64,000 bases of DNA from an uncultured bacterium (GTDB lineage Bacteria; Patescibacteriota; Saccharimonadia; UBA4664). Where the stretch lies: NCBI GenBank assembly GCA_963720265.1, contig CAVRET010000001.1:69916-133915 (forward strand). The letters are read 5' to 3'. The position numbers and the translations under genes were made by a program. The number at the start of each line of letters is the position of its first letter. Within the stretch, counting starts at the first letter, position 1. This document shows positions 52,284 to 62,670 of the stretch, piece after piece. Under the pieces are notes generated by a model that saw nothing but the letters and a program-made list of their open reading frames with translations, had not been told where the DNA came from and did not search any database.

Positions 52284-54878
52284 CTAGAAGTGGTTATGCC
52301 CGCCATGATTGTCATGCCCGGGCCGGGCTTGATCAATGGGCGGTGGTGATGCGAGCGGCAATCCCGGCGGCGGCGTCGGCGGGGCTGCTGGTGCGGCAGT
52401 GGGTAAGGTGGAGCCGTCGGAGAGGTCAGAGGTGCCGCACTGACGAGTAGGCAGATTTGATGTCATGAACGCTTCTTGGTAGGAGCCGGGGCTGCCAGGT
52501 GCAGACAGGCCGCCGTCTTGGCAAACCGTGAGCATTGAGATACCGGCGGGCTGGGTGAAGTTTTCGATTGGCTGGCCGTTTAGGGCCATCTCCATGTATT
52601 GATGCCAGATAGGGGCGGCGCCGGTGATGCCGTCAACGTTTTGCATGGGCGTGTGATTGGCATTCCCCACCCAGACGGCGGTGACGATTTGCGGGGTGTA
52701 GCCGATGGTCCAGTTGTCGTCAAAATCGTTGGTGGTGCCGGTTTTGGCGGCCGCCGGGCGACCGTTTGAAAGCTCAAGCGGGCCGTTCAACGGGAACTCT
52801 GGCAATCTGGCGCTATTGTCTTGCATGATGTTTGTGAGCATGTAGGCGATGCGGGGGTCAAGTACTTGTTGCGGTGCGGCCTGCGTATCTTTGGTGATGT
52901 CTTTGCCGTCGCGGTTGGTGACCTTGAGAATGGCACGGGGTTCGATCTTGACACCGTTGTTGTCGAGCGTCTCGTAGACCGTGGCCATATCGAGCGGGGT
53001 GACGTCTCCCCCGCCGAGTACCAGGCTGAGACCGTACTGGCTAGAGTCGTTTAAGGTGGTGATACCCATGGCGTGGGCGGTGACAAGCGTGGCCGGAATG
53101 GTGGCAAACTGCAGCACTTTGACGGCTGGGATGTTGAGCGAGTTATCGAGCGCGTGGCGCAGGGTGACGACACCGTGGAATTTGAGGTCGTAGTTTTGTG
53201 GGGTGTAGACTGAGCCGCCGGCACCTGTGAACGTGACCGGTGCATCGAGCACCTGGGTGGCGCCGGTCCAGCCTTTTTCAAAGGCGGTGGCGTAGGCGAT
53301 GGGTTTGAAGCTGGAGCCGGGCTGGAGCTGGCTGAGCGTAGCGTTAACATTGCCAAAGCCAGCGGCGTCGTAATTAACGCTTCCCACCATGCTCAAGATG
53401 TCGCCGGTTTTGGGGTCGAGCGAAACGAGTGCGCCGTCTGTGACATTGTGTGAGGCTAGGTTGTTTATCTGGTTTTGAATGATTTTTTCAGCAGCTTGTT
53501 CCTTATCAAGATCAAGAGTGGTTTTTACCGTGATGCCCCCTTGCTCGACCATGTCGTCGCCGTATTCGGCCCGCAGTTGGTCGAGCACGTAGAACACAAA
53601 CCACGGCGCTTGGATATTGACGGTCTTTGAATATACCAGCATGGGCTGGCTTCCGGCTTGCGCAGTAACCGGCGCGCCGGTGGCGGCAAGTTGCATGGGC
53701 TGCGCCTCGGCGGCCGCGGCTTGGGCCCCGGTTATCATGTGCAGGTCGGCCATGCGCCCGAGCACATAATTGCGGCGGCCAGTGGCGGCACCGGTGTCAA
53801 AGTTTGGATCAAACCGACTGGGACCGAGCGGCAGCCCGGCCAGCAACGCTGATTCGCCCAGCGTGAGCTGTGAGACCGGCTTGTGGAAGTAGGTCTGCGC
53901 TGCGACCTGGACACCGGTTGAGCCCTGGCCGTAATAGATGGCATTAAGGTACATATCGAGAATTTGGCCTTTGGTGTAGCGGTGTGCCAGCTCGATTGAA
54001 AGCAAAAGCTCCTGATATTTGCGTTGCAAGGTCTTGTTGGAATTAAGGAGGGCGTTTTTCACGAGTTGCTGCGTGATAGTAGAGCCGCCCTCCATGGTGC
54101 TGGTATGCGTAACATCGATAACCGCGGCCCGGGCTAGGCCTTTAACTGAGAAACCGGGATTGGTATAGAACGTCGGATCCTCGGCGGCAACGGTCGCGTT
54201 CTTGAGGCTGGATGGGATATCGCTCAGCGCCACCGGCTGAGCGGCCTGTGCGCCGTAGCCTTCAAACAGTACTTTGCCGTTGCGGTCGAGAATGACGGTG
54301 CCGGTTTTTTTGACCGCCATGAGTGCGGCTGGGCTGGAGATGTCATAGGCGTAGGTTTTGATGGTTTTGAGCGCTACCATGGTGCCAATCGTGCCGGCAG
54401 TGGCGAGACCGGTAACAACGAGGAGCAAGTAGATGCGACGAGCCGGCCGGCTGAGGGCGGCACGGCGGCTGCGCCGGGCAGCGGTGCGGACATCGGCGGC
54501 GAGCGGCGGTGTATACCCAAAAGCGGCTTGTGTGCCGTAAGTGGCGGCGTAGCGCAGGCGCCGCCTGCTGTAGGTCAGTTGCTCCGTGGCGCAGAAACTG
54601 ATCATTAGCAGCCAGCCGGTTACCCGCCCGCCGAAGCGTTGCAGGGCAGGCCACAATGGGCGCTGGCGGATTCGGCCGATATGTACAATTCGGCGCCAGT
54701 GGCCACCTTTGAACCAGCGTGCGAGCCGGCGGCCGGACTCACCAAAGATGCCGGCTCCGGTGGAGAGGTGCTCAGACAGTTCCGGCCAGGCCGCAGGCGG
54801 CATTACCGCTATCGGCAGCGATTCGTAGAAAGTCGGCTCGCGCCGAGGTTTTGGTTGGGATCGTTTTGGTTTGGCCAT
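52284..54878 (-). CDS. Class A bifunctional penicillin-binding protein (GT51 transglycosylase plus transpeptidase) with a ~190-aa basic cytoplasmic N-terminal extension
   Basis: The GT51 domain has EDPTFYTNPGFS and GGSTITQQLVKN. The TPase domain has SSFKP (SxxK) and KTGTT. The TM is at aa ~175. Confidence 0.85.
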   Translation of the reverse strand: MAKPKRSQPKPRREPTFYESLPIAVMPPAAWPELSEHLSTGAGIFGESGRRLARWFKGGHWRRIVHIGRIRQRPLWPALQRFGGRVTGWLLMISFCATEQLTYSRRRLRYAATYGTQAAFGYTPPLAADVRTAARRSRRAALSRPARRIYLLLVVTGLATAGTIGTMVALKTIKTYAYDISSPAALMAVKKTGTVILDRNGKVLFEGYGAQAAQPVALSDIPSSLKNATVAAEDPTFYTNPGFSVKGLARAAVIDVTHTSTMEGGSTITQQLVKNALLNSNKTLQRKYQELLLSIELAHRYTKGQILDMYLNAIYYGQGSTGVQVAAQTYFHKPVSQLTLGESALLAGLPLGPSRFDPNFDTGAATGRRNYVLGRMADLHMITGAQAAAAEAQPMQLAATGAPVTAQAGSQPMLVYSKTVNIQAPWFVFYVLDQLRAEYGDDMVEQGGITVKTTLDLDKEQAAEKIIQNQINNLASHNVTDGALVSLDPKTGDILSMVGSVNYDAAGFGNVNATLSQLQPGSSFKPIAYATAFEKGWTGATQVLDAPVTFTGAGGSVYTPQNYDLKFHGVVTLRHALDNSLNIPAVKVLQFATIPATLVTAHAMGITTLNDSSQYGLSLVLGGGDVTPLDMATVYETLDNNGVKIEPRAILKVTNRDGKDITKDTQAAPQQVLDPRIAYMLTNIMQDNSARLPEFPLNGPLELSNGRPAAAKTGTTNDFDDNWTIGYTPQIVTAVWVGNANHTPMQNVDGITGAAPIWHQYMEMALNGQPIENFTQPAGISMLTVCQDGGLSAPGSPGSYQEAFMTSNLPTRQCGTSDLSDGSTLPTAAPAAPPTPPPGLPLASPPPIDQARPGHDNHGGHNHF

Positions 54879-55003
54879 GATACGCCCACAGATGATGAAT
54901 TGATTGATTGGTGACAGATGAATATCGTCACATTTACCAATTATCGTAGAGCGCCTTGGCTGATATTACAATGTAAAAATACCCTAAATGGCAGCCGGTG
55001 GTG

Positions 55004-57319
55004 CTAATTGCTGCGTCGGCGGCTACGGCTGCGGCGACTGCGCACCGGAGCGGCGGACAATAGCTCTTGGGCAGCCGCGAGGTCGAGGGATTTCGGGTCA
55101 GTGCCCTTGGGGACCTTGGCATTTTTGGTGCCGTCGGTAACGTAGGGTCCAAAACGACCGTTCAGTACAGCGATGTTTGTGCCGTCGAAGGCCGTGATGT
55201 GTTTGGCCGCGTCGGCGGCTTGTTTTTCTTTAATGAGCTCACGGGCACGCTCGAGCGTGATGGTAAATGGGTCGTCGGGCTTGATCGAGGCGTAGGTACT
55301 ACCCCATTTAATGTAAGGTCCGAAGCGGCCAAAGTTGGTGGTGATGTCCTGGCCGGATTCGGTTTGACCCAAGGTGCGCGGTAGTTTGAGTAGCTCCAGT
55401 GCTTCCTCGAGCGTAATCTCGTCGAGCCGCCGACCGGGTGGGATGGGTGCAAACCTGGGCTTCTCTTCTTGCTCTTCCGCCTCGCCGAGCTGAAGCATAG
55501 GGCCGTAGCGGCCGAGCCGAGCAATAATGGGCTTGCCAGTGGCGGGATCGGTGCCTAGCTCGCGGGCCCCGGCGGCTTCTTGGCGGCTAAGGGAGTCGGC
55601 GGCCTCAACGGTTTCGTGGAAGGGGCCATAGAATTCGGCGATCATGGCGTTCCATTTTTGCTTGCCGTCTTCAATGTCGTCGAATTCTTCCTCGACCTTT
55701 TTGGTGAAGTCATAATCGACCACGGCCGGGAAGTTCTTAACCAGAAAATCAGTAACGAGCATGCCAACCGAGGTGGGCAGGAGTTTGTTGCGGTCAGCCC
55801 CGTAGGTTTCTACGGTGTCGGTTTCAGTAACGGCACCCTCTTTGAGCTCGAAGCGCTTCACCGGCCGCTCCTTGCCCTCGAGGTCGCCTTTTTCGACGTA
55901 CTGGCGGTCCTGAATAGTGGAAATGGTGGGCGCGTAGGTACTTGGCCTGCCGATGCCCATTTCTTCCATGCGCTTTACGAGCGAGGCCTCGGTGTAGCGC
56001 GGCTTCGGGCGTTCGTAGGTCTGGACGGCTTGCATGAGTCCTAGCGGCAGGGTTTGGCCGGTTGTGAGCGGGGGCAAAATCCCCTCTTCTTCCGGGTCCT
56101 CATCGGACTCGTGTGCCAGATAGAGCGTGAGGAAGCCGTCGAATTTTACGACCTCGCCCTTGGCCTGCAAGGTTTCCGGTCGGGTGGAGACGGCAACCGT
56201 GGCGGTGGTACGTTCGAGCTGGGCCTCGGCCATTTGCGAGGCCACGGTGCGTTTCCAGATGAGTTCATAGAGCTTGGCCTGACCGGACTCGGCTGCAATG
56301 GTGGGGTGCTCGAAGTTGGTGGGGCGGATCGCCTCGTGAGCCTCTTGGGCGCCGGCGGTTTTGGTGGTGAATTGGCGTTGCTTGTGGTAATTAGCACCAT
56401 ATTTCGCCTTAATTTCAGCTGCGGCGCCGGAGAGCGCTTGGTCAGAAAGATGGACCGAATCAGTACGCATGTAGGTAATGTGCCCGGCTTCGTACAGGCG
56501 CTGGGCCAGCGTCATTGTTTGGCGGACGCTAAAATAGAGCTTGCGGCTAGCTTCTTGCTGAAGCGTAGAAGTGGTAAACGGCGGTGCCGGAGCACGGGTA
56601 GCCGGTTTGGTTTCGATATCCGCAACCGTGAAGGTGGCGTTTATGCAATCTTCGAGGAATTTCCTAGCTTCGGCGTCGGTTTTGAAGCGCGTGGGCAGTT
56701 CGGCCTTAAACGGTTCGCCGTCAGCCGTAAATTCGGCTGTGATTTTGTAACTGGCACCGCCGGCAAAGTCTTGGATTTCGCGCTCGCGTTCGACGATCAG
56801 GCGAACGGCTACACTTTGCACCCGGCCGGCGCTTAAGCCGGTTTGGATTTTCTTCCATAGCACGGGCGAAAGCTCGTATCCTACGAGCCGGTCTAGTACG
56901 CGGCGGGCCTGTTGGGCATCCACTAACCCCAGGTCAACGTGGCGCGGGTGTTCGATGGCACGTTCAATGGCTGGTTTCGTGATTTCATGGAACGCAATGC
57001 GCTTGGTGGTTTTAACATCAAGGCCGAGCGCCTGGCACAAATGCCAACTAATGGCCTCGCCTTCACGGTCTTCATCAGTGGCTAGCCAAGTCGTGTTGGC
57101 GGCTTTGGCGAATTTTTTAAGTTCAGCAACGCGTTTTTTTTGGTCCGGTGTTACCTCGTAGGTGGGCACAAAATCGTGCTCAATATCAATGCTCATGCCG
57201 GATTTTGGCAAGTCACGAACGTGGCCATACGAAGCCTCAACCTGGTAGTCCTTACCAAGAAACTGGCCAATGGTTTTGGCCTTGGCCGGGCTTTCAACTA
57301 TGACAAGATTTTTACTCAT
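55004..57319 (-). CDS. topA: DNA topoisomerase I (type IA) with an actinobacterial-type C-terminal repeat domain and a basic tail
   Basis: The TOPRIM N-terminus is MSKNLVIVESPAKAKTIGQFLG. The active-site region and C-terminal GRFGPY repeats (Topo_C_Rpt) are present, with no zinc ribbons. The start is at an internal Met; the tracker ORF extends to 57469. Confidence 0.9.
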   Translation of the reverse strand: MSKNLVIVESPAKAKTIGQFLGKDYQVEASYGHVRDLPKSGMSIDIEHDFVPTYEVTPDQKKRVAELKKFAKAANTTWLATDEDREGEAISWHLCQALGLDVKTTKRIAFHEITKPAIERAIEHPRHVDLGLVDAQQARRVLDRLVGYELSPVLWKKIQTGLSAGRVQSVAVRLIVEREREIQDFAGGASYKITAEFTADGEPFKAELPTRFKTDAEARKFLEDCINATFTVADIETKPATRAPAPPFTTSTLQQEASRKLYFSVRQTMTLAQRLYEAGHITYMRTDSVHLSDQALSGAAAEIKAKYGANYHKQRQFTTKTAGAQEAHEAIRPTNFEHPTIAAESGQAKLYELIWKRTVASQMAEAQLERTTATVAVSTRPETLQAKGEVVKFDGFLTLYLAHESDEDPEEEGILPPLTTGQTLPLGLMQAVQTYERPKPRYTEASLVKRMEEMGIGRPSTYAPTISTIQDRQYVEKGDLEGKERPVKRFELKEGAVTETDTVETYGADRNKLLPTSVGMLVTDFLVKNFPAVVDYDFTKKVEEEFDDIEDGKQKWNAMIAEFYGPFHETVEAADSLSRQEAAGARELGTDPATGKPIIARLGRYGPMLQLGEAEEQEEKPRFAPIPPGRRLDEITLEEALELLKLPRTLGQTESGQDITTNFGRFGPYIKWGSTYASIKPDDPFTITLERARELIKEKQAADAAKHITAFDGTNIAVLNGRFGPYVTDGTKNAKVPKGTDPKSLDLAAAQELLSAAPVRSRRSRSRRRSN

Positions 57320-57445
57320 GACGCTTACGGTAGCAGCTCTTAGGCTTTGTGGTCTAGTGGAAAATTTGGCCGGATGGGCCTGGCCACCGAAGACCGACGT
57401 TAGCAAATTTTTCTGCCGGCCGTCAATGGGTAAACACGAACGAAG

Positions 57446-57484
57446 CCCCGGATCGGACGCGCGGGGCATTCGTCCGATCCGGGG
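57446..57484 (-). terminator. 14-bp perfect stem-loop between the hypothetical gene and topA
   Basis: ccccggatcggacg pairs with cgtccgatccgggg across an 11-nt loop. It lies in the topA leader or upstream-gene trailer. Confidence 0.35.
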
Positions 57485-57496
57485 CGGTCTCGTCTG

Positions 57497-58147
57497 CTAG
57501 AAGGGAAATGTCCCCCTGGCTTGGGCCAGCGGACGAATTATCTCGCCGGCCCTGGCTGTGAGCGCTGCCGGATGGCAGGCCACGGTTACACCGGGGGTTT
57601 CGCTGAGCTCCGCGAGGGCCTCGGTGTTGTCGGAGGTGATGATCATTGGTCCGCCGTAGCCCCAGCCCACGAGTGTGTGAGTAAAGGCGGCCATGTTGTC
57701 CTCCGCGTAAGCGATGACTAGGTCGTATGTTTCCGGCCCATCGGCGTCCAGCTCGGCCCGTGCGATTGCGAGGTCTGGTACGAGCTTGAAAACGACGATC
57801 GAGTTGCCGTACGAGTACAGCAGCCCACCCAGAGTGCTCGAATCGAGTTCGCCGGTGGCTACCAGTACATGGACCAGCCCCGTTGACAGCCGGATCCGTA
57901 GAGCCCACGTGAGCATCTCGGAAAGCTCGGCTTCCGGGCTCCGCAGACTCGCGCCGAGCACTGCTCCGAGCGTGAAAGTTCGGTTGCCGTACGGGGTTCG
58001 TTCGACCGGAGTCGGCAGCAATATGCCTTTTGCCAGCAGCTCGTCGATGAGGGCCTCAAACGTGTGGCACTGGAAATCCGTTCCCCCACCCTCGATCGCT
58101 GCGCTGTAGTGGCCCGGGTCATAACTTACCGCAACGCGGGGATTCAT
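57497..58147 (-). CDS. Hypothetical protein (216 aa)
   Basis: An internal ATG has a strong GAGGAGG RBS 7 nt upstream. No motif was recognised, and the GC is about 62%. Confidence 0.4.
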   Translation of the reverse strand: MNPRVAVSYDPGHYSAAIEGGGTDFQCHTFEALIDELLAKGILLPTPVERTPYGNRTFTLGAVLGASLRSPEAELSEMLTWALRIRLSTGLVHVLVATGELDSSTLGGLLYSYGNSIVVFKLVPDLAIARAELDADGPETYDLVIAYAEDNMAAFTHTLVGWGYGGPMIITSDNTEALAELSETPGVTVACHPAALTARAGEIIRPLAQARGTFPF

Positions 58148-58341
58148 AGCCCGCCTCCTCTGCCTGTCGGTTGGAGCTTGCCGCATAATTGTGAGTATTT
58201 TGTGCTTTTTTGTCAATAATTGGACAGATCAAAGCTTTTGTGCTATATTACGAACAATTGTTGATCGTGAATCCCGCGGCTCTTGGTAGAAACTGACTCG
58301 CACGATTTGCGAAACAGTTTCAACTAAATAAGGAGCCTTTT

Positions 58342-59622
58342 TTGTATCCACAAAGTTCACTTTCAGGGCGCGGCCGACGAGGTGGCCGGCCGATGTTTTC
58401 GTCGCGCAACCGGCGTACACCCAAAGTCACAACAATTGATCCGGAGCGATTTGTTAATAAGGCGGTTGAGCCGACCGAGGATGCGGCGGTGTTTGTGCCA
58501 GCCCATCATTTTCGTGATTTTGGCTTTGACAAGCGCCTGCAGTTTAATATTGACGCTCACGGCTATGAGCTGCCGACTCCGATTCAGGATGGCGCCATAG
58601 AGCCCGTGTTGGGCGGCCGTGACCTGATTGGCCTGGCCAATACCGGGACAGGCAAGACCGCTGCGTTTTTGCTTCCTACTGTTCAGCGCATGCTTGAGGG
58701 CAAGGCCAAGCGTTGTCTCATCCTAATCCCAACGCGCGAACTAGCGATCCAGATTGAGGAAGAATTTAGGCTGTTTACGAAAGGCCTGAGCATGTATGCG
58801 GCACTGGTGGTGGGTGGTGCTTCAATAAATCGGCAACTGGAATTACTGAGACGGCGGCCGCAATTTATTATTGCCACACCCGGTCGACTCAAAGATTTGC
58901 TTGAGAATTATGGCCAGCGGCTTGAAGATTTCGATGTGCTCGTGCTGGACGAGGCTGACCGCATGCTTGACATGGGCTTTATTCGCGATATCCGGGCGAT
59001 TTTGAGCCATGTGCAAGACGAGCGGCAGACGTTGTTTCTTTCGGCCACGATTACGCCTGATATCGAGCAGTTGATCACCACGATTTTGAAGGATCCGGTG
59101 AAAGTGAGTGTTCGTACGCGTGAGACCAGTGAGCTGGTGGACCAAGACGTGGTGCGAATTGAGGGTGGGCGTGAGGCCAAAGAAGAAAAGTTAGCCGAAC
59201 TGCTGAGCGATCCGGAATTTACCAAAGTGTTGGTGTTTGGCGAGACCAAATGGGGTGTCCAGCGTTTGGCCGATAAGATGATCAGGCGCGGCTTTAAGGT
59301 GGCAGCTATTCACGGCAACAAGAGCCAGCCGCAGCGGCAGCGGGCACTGGCCGATTTTAAGGCTGAAAAAGTGCAGGCGTTGATTGCGACCGATGTAGCA
59401 GCGCGGGGGCTCGATATCTCTGGTGTGAGCCACGTGATTAACTACGACCCGCCTAAGCAATATGAAGACTACGTGCACCGTATTGGCCGTACGGGACGGG
59501 CCGGAGCGACCGGCAAAGCGCTGACGTTCGTATTAGTAGGGCCGGCTAGCTTTAGCGTGCCGAGCGGGCGACCGGCCGGCGGTGGGCAGCGTAGTGGCAA
59601 CGGTGGTCGCGGCCGGCGTTAG
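58342..59622 (+). CDS. DEAD-box ATP-dependent RNA helicase with an Arg/Gly-rich C-tail
   Basis: The Q-motif region, Walker A (ANTGTGKTAAF), PTRELA, DEAD (LVLDEADRMLDMGF), SAT and HRIGRTGRAG are all present. The TTG start has an AGGAG RBS. Confidence 0.85.
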   Translation: MYPQSSLSGRGRRGGRPMFSSRNRRTPKVTTIDPERFVNKAVEPTEDAAVFVPAHHFRDFGFDKRLQFNIDAHGYELPTPIQDGAIEPVLGGRDLIGLANTGTGKTAAFLLPTVQRMLEGKAKRCLILIPTRELAIQIEEEFRLFTKGLSMYAALVVGGASINRQLELLRRRPQFIIATPGRLKDLLENYGQRLEDFDVLVLDEADRMLDMGFIRDIRAILSHVQDERQTLFLSATITPDIEQLITTILKDPVKVSVRTRETSELVDQDVVRIEGGREAKEEKLAELLSDPEFTKVLVFGETKWGVQRLADKMIRRGFKVAAIHGNKSQPQRQRALADFKAEKVQALIATDVAARGLDISGVSHVINYDPPKQYEDYVHRIGRTGRAGATGKALTFVLVGPASFSVPSGRPAGGGQRSGNGGRGRR

Positions 59623-59648
59623 GTGGCTTCGTTTTTTTAATCGGCGGA

Positions 59649-60086
59649 CTACAGGTGGGCCGGCTGCAACCATCTCACAATGGCGCCGGCGACAATGCCC
59701 AGTACAATGAGCGCGATGAGAGCCGGCCAATCGATGAAGCTGCCGGTGGCTGCGCTGTACACACCAAAGAGGATCTGAAACGGCCTGACCATCCAGTTGG
59801 TTAGCGCATTAACGATCGAGCTGAGAAGACTTTGGTTGTAACCCCCAAACAAGTTAATAATGAACCGCAACCCGAGCAGTATACCAAGAATGCTGGCAGC
59901 CAGGCGGACGATGCGCTCCGCCAGCGAGGGCTGTTCGATGGCACCAAGGGGCGTACCGCTGCGGTAGGTTTGGGTGGGCGCGGTTGGGACCAGAGTTTCG
60001 TAGAACTCATCTGTCTCCGTTTCGTCAATGTCGGAGCCGGGCGCAAAGCGTCGTTGAGCATCAGGATTTTTCATGCGTGACCTCAC
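59649..60086 (-). CDS. Small membrane protein of unknown function (possibly YggT-like)
   Basis: An acidic N-terminus is followed by two or three TM helices. The assignment is weak. Confidence 0.35.
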   Translation of the reverse strand: MRSRMKNPDAQRRFAPGSDIDETETDEFYETLVPTAPTQTYRSGTPLGAIEQPSLAERIVRLAASILGILLGLRFIINLFGGYNQSLLSSIVNALTNWMVRPFQILFGVYSAATGSFIDWPALIALIVLGIVAGAIVRWLQPAHL

Positions 60087-60156
60087 AGGTTATGTGCAAG
60101 CATCATCTGGCTGAGCTTAGTGATATCGCAATGTGAGAAATGACAAAAATGCTAGG

Positions 60157-62670
60157 TTAGCCGCGGGGGTCATTTGGTGGCGGCGGAGGCGGTGCGGCTA
60201 AGGGCGCAGCAGGCTCGGGCGGCGGCACAAGATTTGAGCCGTCTAAGGTAATAACATCGCCGGGGTGGGCGGCGCCGCGTAAAATCATGTCAGCGACCGT
60301 GTCTTCGACGCGGCGCTGAACCATGCGCCGCATCGGCCGGGCACCGAGGCGCGGGTCATAGCCGACAGCGACGAGCTCGGCCGCGGCTGTGTCGGTGATG
60401 CGAACCGAGATCTTTTGCGGTTCGAGTGTGCGATTCACCTCTGCTACCATGAGCTGTACGACTTGGCCGAGTTCGGCTTGATTGAGTGGGCGGAAGAGCA
60501 CGATTTCGTCGAAGCGGTTTAAGAGTTCGGGTTTGAAGATGCCGGAGTCGATGAGCCCGTTGGTAAACTCTTCTTCGAAGTCCTCGAGTTTTTGGCCGGC
60601 TTCAATGCGTTCGCGGATAACGTCCGCGCCGGCGTTTGAGGTGGCGATGATGATCGTGTCTTTGAATGAGGCTGGGTGGCCGTCGGTGTCGGTCAGACTA
60701 CCTTCATCAAGGAGCTGTAGAAACAAATTTAAGATGTTGGGATGGGCTTTTTCGATTTCGTCGAATAGCACAACACTAAACGGAGTCCCGCGAACTTGTG
60801 ACAGTAAACCTGCGGAGTCGACTTCGGCCGGAGCTAGTATGCGGTCAACGTCCGGCACTTGCTGGTACTCGCTCATATCGAGCCGGATCATACTGGTTTC
60901 GGCGCCAAAATAGGTGGCGGCGAGGCTGCGGGCAAGCTCGGTTTTGCCAACACCGGTGGGTCCTAAGAACAGGAACGAGCCGATTGGCCGCTTGGGGTTG
61001 GACACGCCTGCGCGGGCCCGGCGCAATGCGGCTGATACCACGCTGACGGCTCTGGTTTGGTTAATCATTCGTTGATGAATTCGCTCTTCAAGATGGAGCA
61101 GGGCGTCGGACTCACTGGCTGTGGCGGTTTGGGTCTTCACGCCAAACTGGCTTTCAATGGCCTGCTCAATCGAGCGCTCACTCACGAATTGACTGTCTGG
61201 ATAGTTAAATCCGGCCTCGAGCAGCTTGAGCGCACGGCCCGGGTAGGCCTCATCCTGAAAATAGCGGCCGGATAGTCGGTAGGCCTCTTGCACTGCTCTC
61301 CAGGTGGTGATGAGCCGGCCGCCTTCGAGCTCGAGACCGTGGTCGGCGGTGAGGCGCAAGGTCGTGACCTCATCGGCTTCAGTTAACACGAGCGGGGTGA
61401 GCAAGCTCGACATGGCCGGGTTCGTGGCGCGGAGCCGCTGCCAGTCGCCAGGTGTTACCGCCAGTACGAGTTTGAGGCTGTGGGCTTGGAGAATTGGAAG
61501 CAATATTTGGCTGAGGTTAACAGCGCCGGTGCCGGAGCCGAAAAACAGCTGGGCTTCATCGAGCGCGATGACTATATTGCCGGCTCGGACGGCTTCGTTA
61601 AAAAGGCCTAGAACAATGCTTTCGATTTCGCCCTGGGCTTGGGCGTTGGCTAGAATTACCGAGGCGTTGAGGGCAATGATCTGGTGATGTGCAAGTGAGC
61701 CGTGCTCACCGGCGAGTAAGTGATCGGCTAGGGCGGTGAGCAGCGCGGTTTTGCCAATACCCGGCTCTCCGACCAAGACAACGCTGCCGGTGCCGGATTC
61801 GAGGCCGGTGGCCAGGGTATCGAGGCCAACGGTGCGTTCCGGCAGTTGGTAGCGGCTGTATTCAACCTGCTGGCTCAAGTTGGTGCCAAAGCGGGCCAGC
61901 AGTGGCGTGAAACCAGATGCCCAGTCCCTAGCGATGCCACCGTAAAACGGACGGTGGTATCGGTTGCGTTCGCGCAGGCGGGCAACCCAAAGCGCGCCCT
62001 CGATTAGGTCGGCGGTAGTGAGTTTGGCAGTGGTGAGCTGGTTTTGTAACGCAGGACTGAGGTTTACGAGTGCGCAAATAATGAGCGCTGGTGTGAGTAG
62101 TGGTTGTTTCAATTCGGTCGCAAGCTGAGCGGTTTCACCAAACAATGCACTGTGGTCGAGCGGCTGCCCGGCCAGAGCCGCGGCGACGGCGGCGGGATCG
62201 AGACCGAATCGGCTGACCAAAAAACCAGCGTCTGGGGTGGCGGCAAGTATGGCCCACAGCTGTTCGGCATTCAAATCCGCCCGATAGCCGACAGCGACGT
62301 GCGACGGTAGTAGTTGATCGAGCCGGGTTGTGCTGCCAAGCGGTGCGGGTGGCAGGTACAGGAGGTCGCGGCTCAGCCAGGTGCCAAGGACAGCCAGGAT
62401 TACTCCTACGCCGCACAGGCTTAGGCCTGCGTGTAGGCCGAGCAGTGTAAGTGCGAGTCCCAATATTATTCCAAGTACGCCGAGCATGCCAAACAGGCTG
62501 CCCAGGTTTGGATTAAGGCGGGCGCCGATGTGGATTTTGGTTAAGCGTTCGGCGTGAGGATCGAAGCTAAATTGATTCACAATAGCCCCGCTACGATTAA
62601 GGCCGGCCCGAGGAGCGGGAGAAGCGGCCATGTAATGAGAACAATGCCACCAAACGCGGTGTATATGCAT
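60157..62670 (-). CDS. ClpB/ClpC-like two-ring AAA+ ATPase with an N-terminal membrane anchor
   Basis: D1 carries GEPGIGKTALL and D2 carries FLFLGPTGVGKTELARSLA with Walker B VVLFDEIEKAH. Clp_N-like repeats are present. The N-terminal ~90 aa contain two hydrophobic helices. No ClpP-docking (I/L)GF loop was seen, and there is a Pro-rich C-tail. Confidence 0.8.
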   Translation of the reverse strand: MHIHRVWWHCSHYMAASPAPRAGLNRSGAIVNQFSFDPHAERLTKIHIGARLNPNLGSLFGMLGVLGIILGLALTLLGLHAGLSLCGVGVILAVLGTWLSRDLLYLPPAPLGSTTRLDQLLPSHVAVGYRADLNAEQLWAILAATPDAGFLVSRFGLDPAAVAAALAGQPLDHSALFGETAQLATELKQPLLTPALIICALVNLSPALQNQLTTAKLTTADLIEGALWVARLRERNRYHRPFYGGIARDWASGFTPLLARFGTNLSQQVEYSRYQLPERTVGLDTLATGLESGTGSVVLVGEPGIGKTALLTALADHLLAGEHGSLAHHQIIALNASVILANAQAQGEIESIVLGLFNEAVRAGNIVIALDEAQLFFGSGTGAVNLSQILLPILQAHSLKLVLAVTPGDWQRLRATNPAMSSLLTPLVLTEADEVTTLRLTADHGLELEGGRLITTWRAVQEAYRLSGRYFQDEAYPGRALKLLEAGFNYPDSQFVSERSIEQAIESQFGVKTQTATASESDALLHLEERIHQRMINQTRAVSVVSAALRRARAGVSNPKRPIGSFLFLGPTGVGKTELARSLAATYFGAETSMIRLDMSEYQQVPDVDRILAPAEVDSAGLLSQVRGTPFSVVLFDEIEKAHPNILNLFLQLLDEGSLTDTDGHPASFKDTIIIATSNAGADVIRERIEAGQKLEDFEEEFTNGLIDSGIFKPELLNRFDEIVLFRPLNQAELGQVVQLMVAEVNRTLEPQKISVRITDTAAAELVAVGYDPRLGARPMRRMVQRRVEDTVADMILRGAAHPGDVITLDGSNLVPPPEPAAPLAAPPPPPPNDPRG

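Noticed and set aside
55580-56836. Two + strand ORFs (154 and 260 aa) inside topA
   Set aside because: They are antisense to topA, which has TOPRIM and GRFGPY repeats, and are Gly/Glu/Leu-rich shadow ORFs.
57330-57420. tRNA-like D-loop string tggtctagtgg in the topA upstream region
   Set aside because: No acceptor stem pairing, anticodon arm or GTTCRANTC T-loop could be found. It is not a tRNA.
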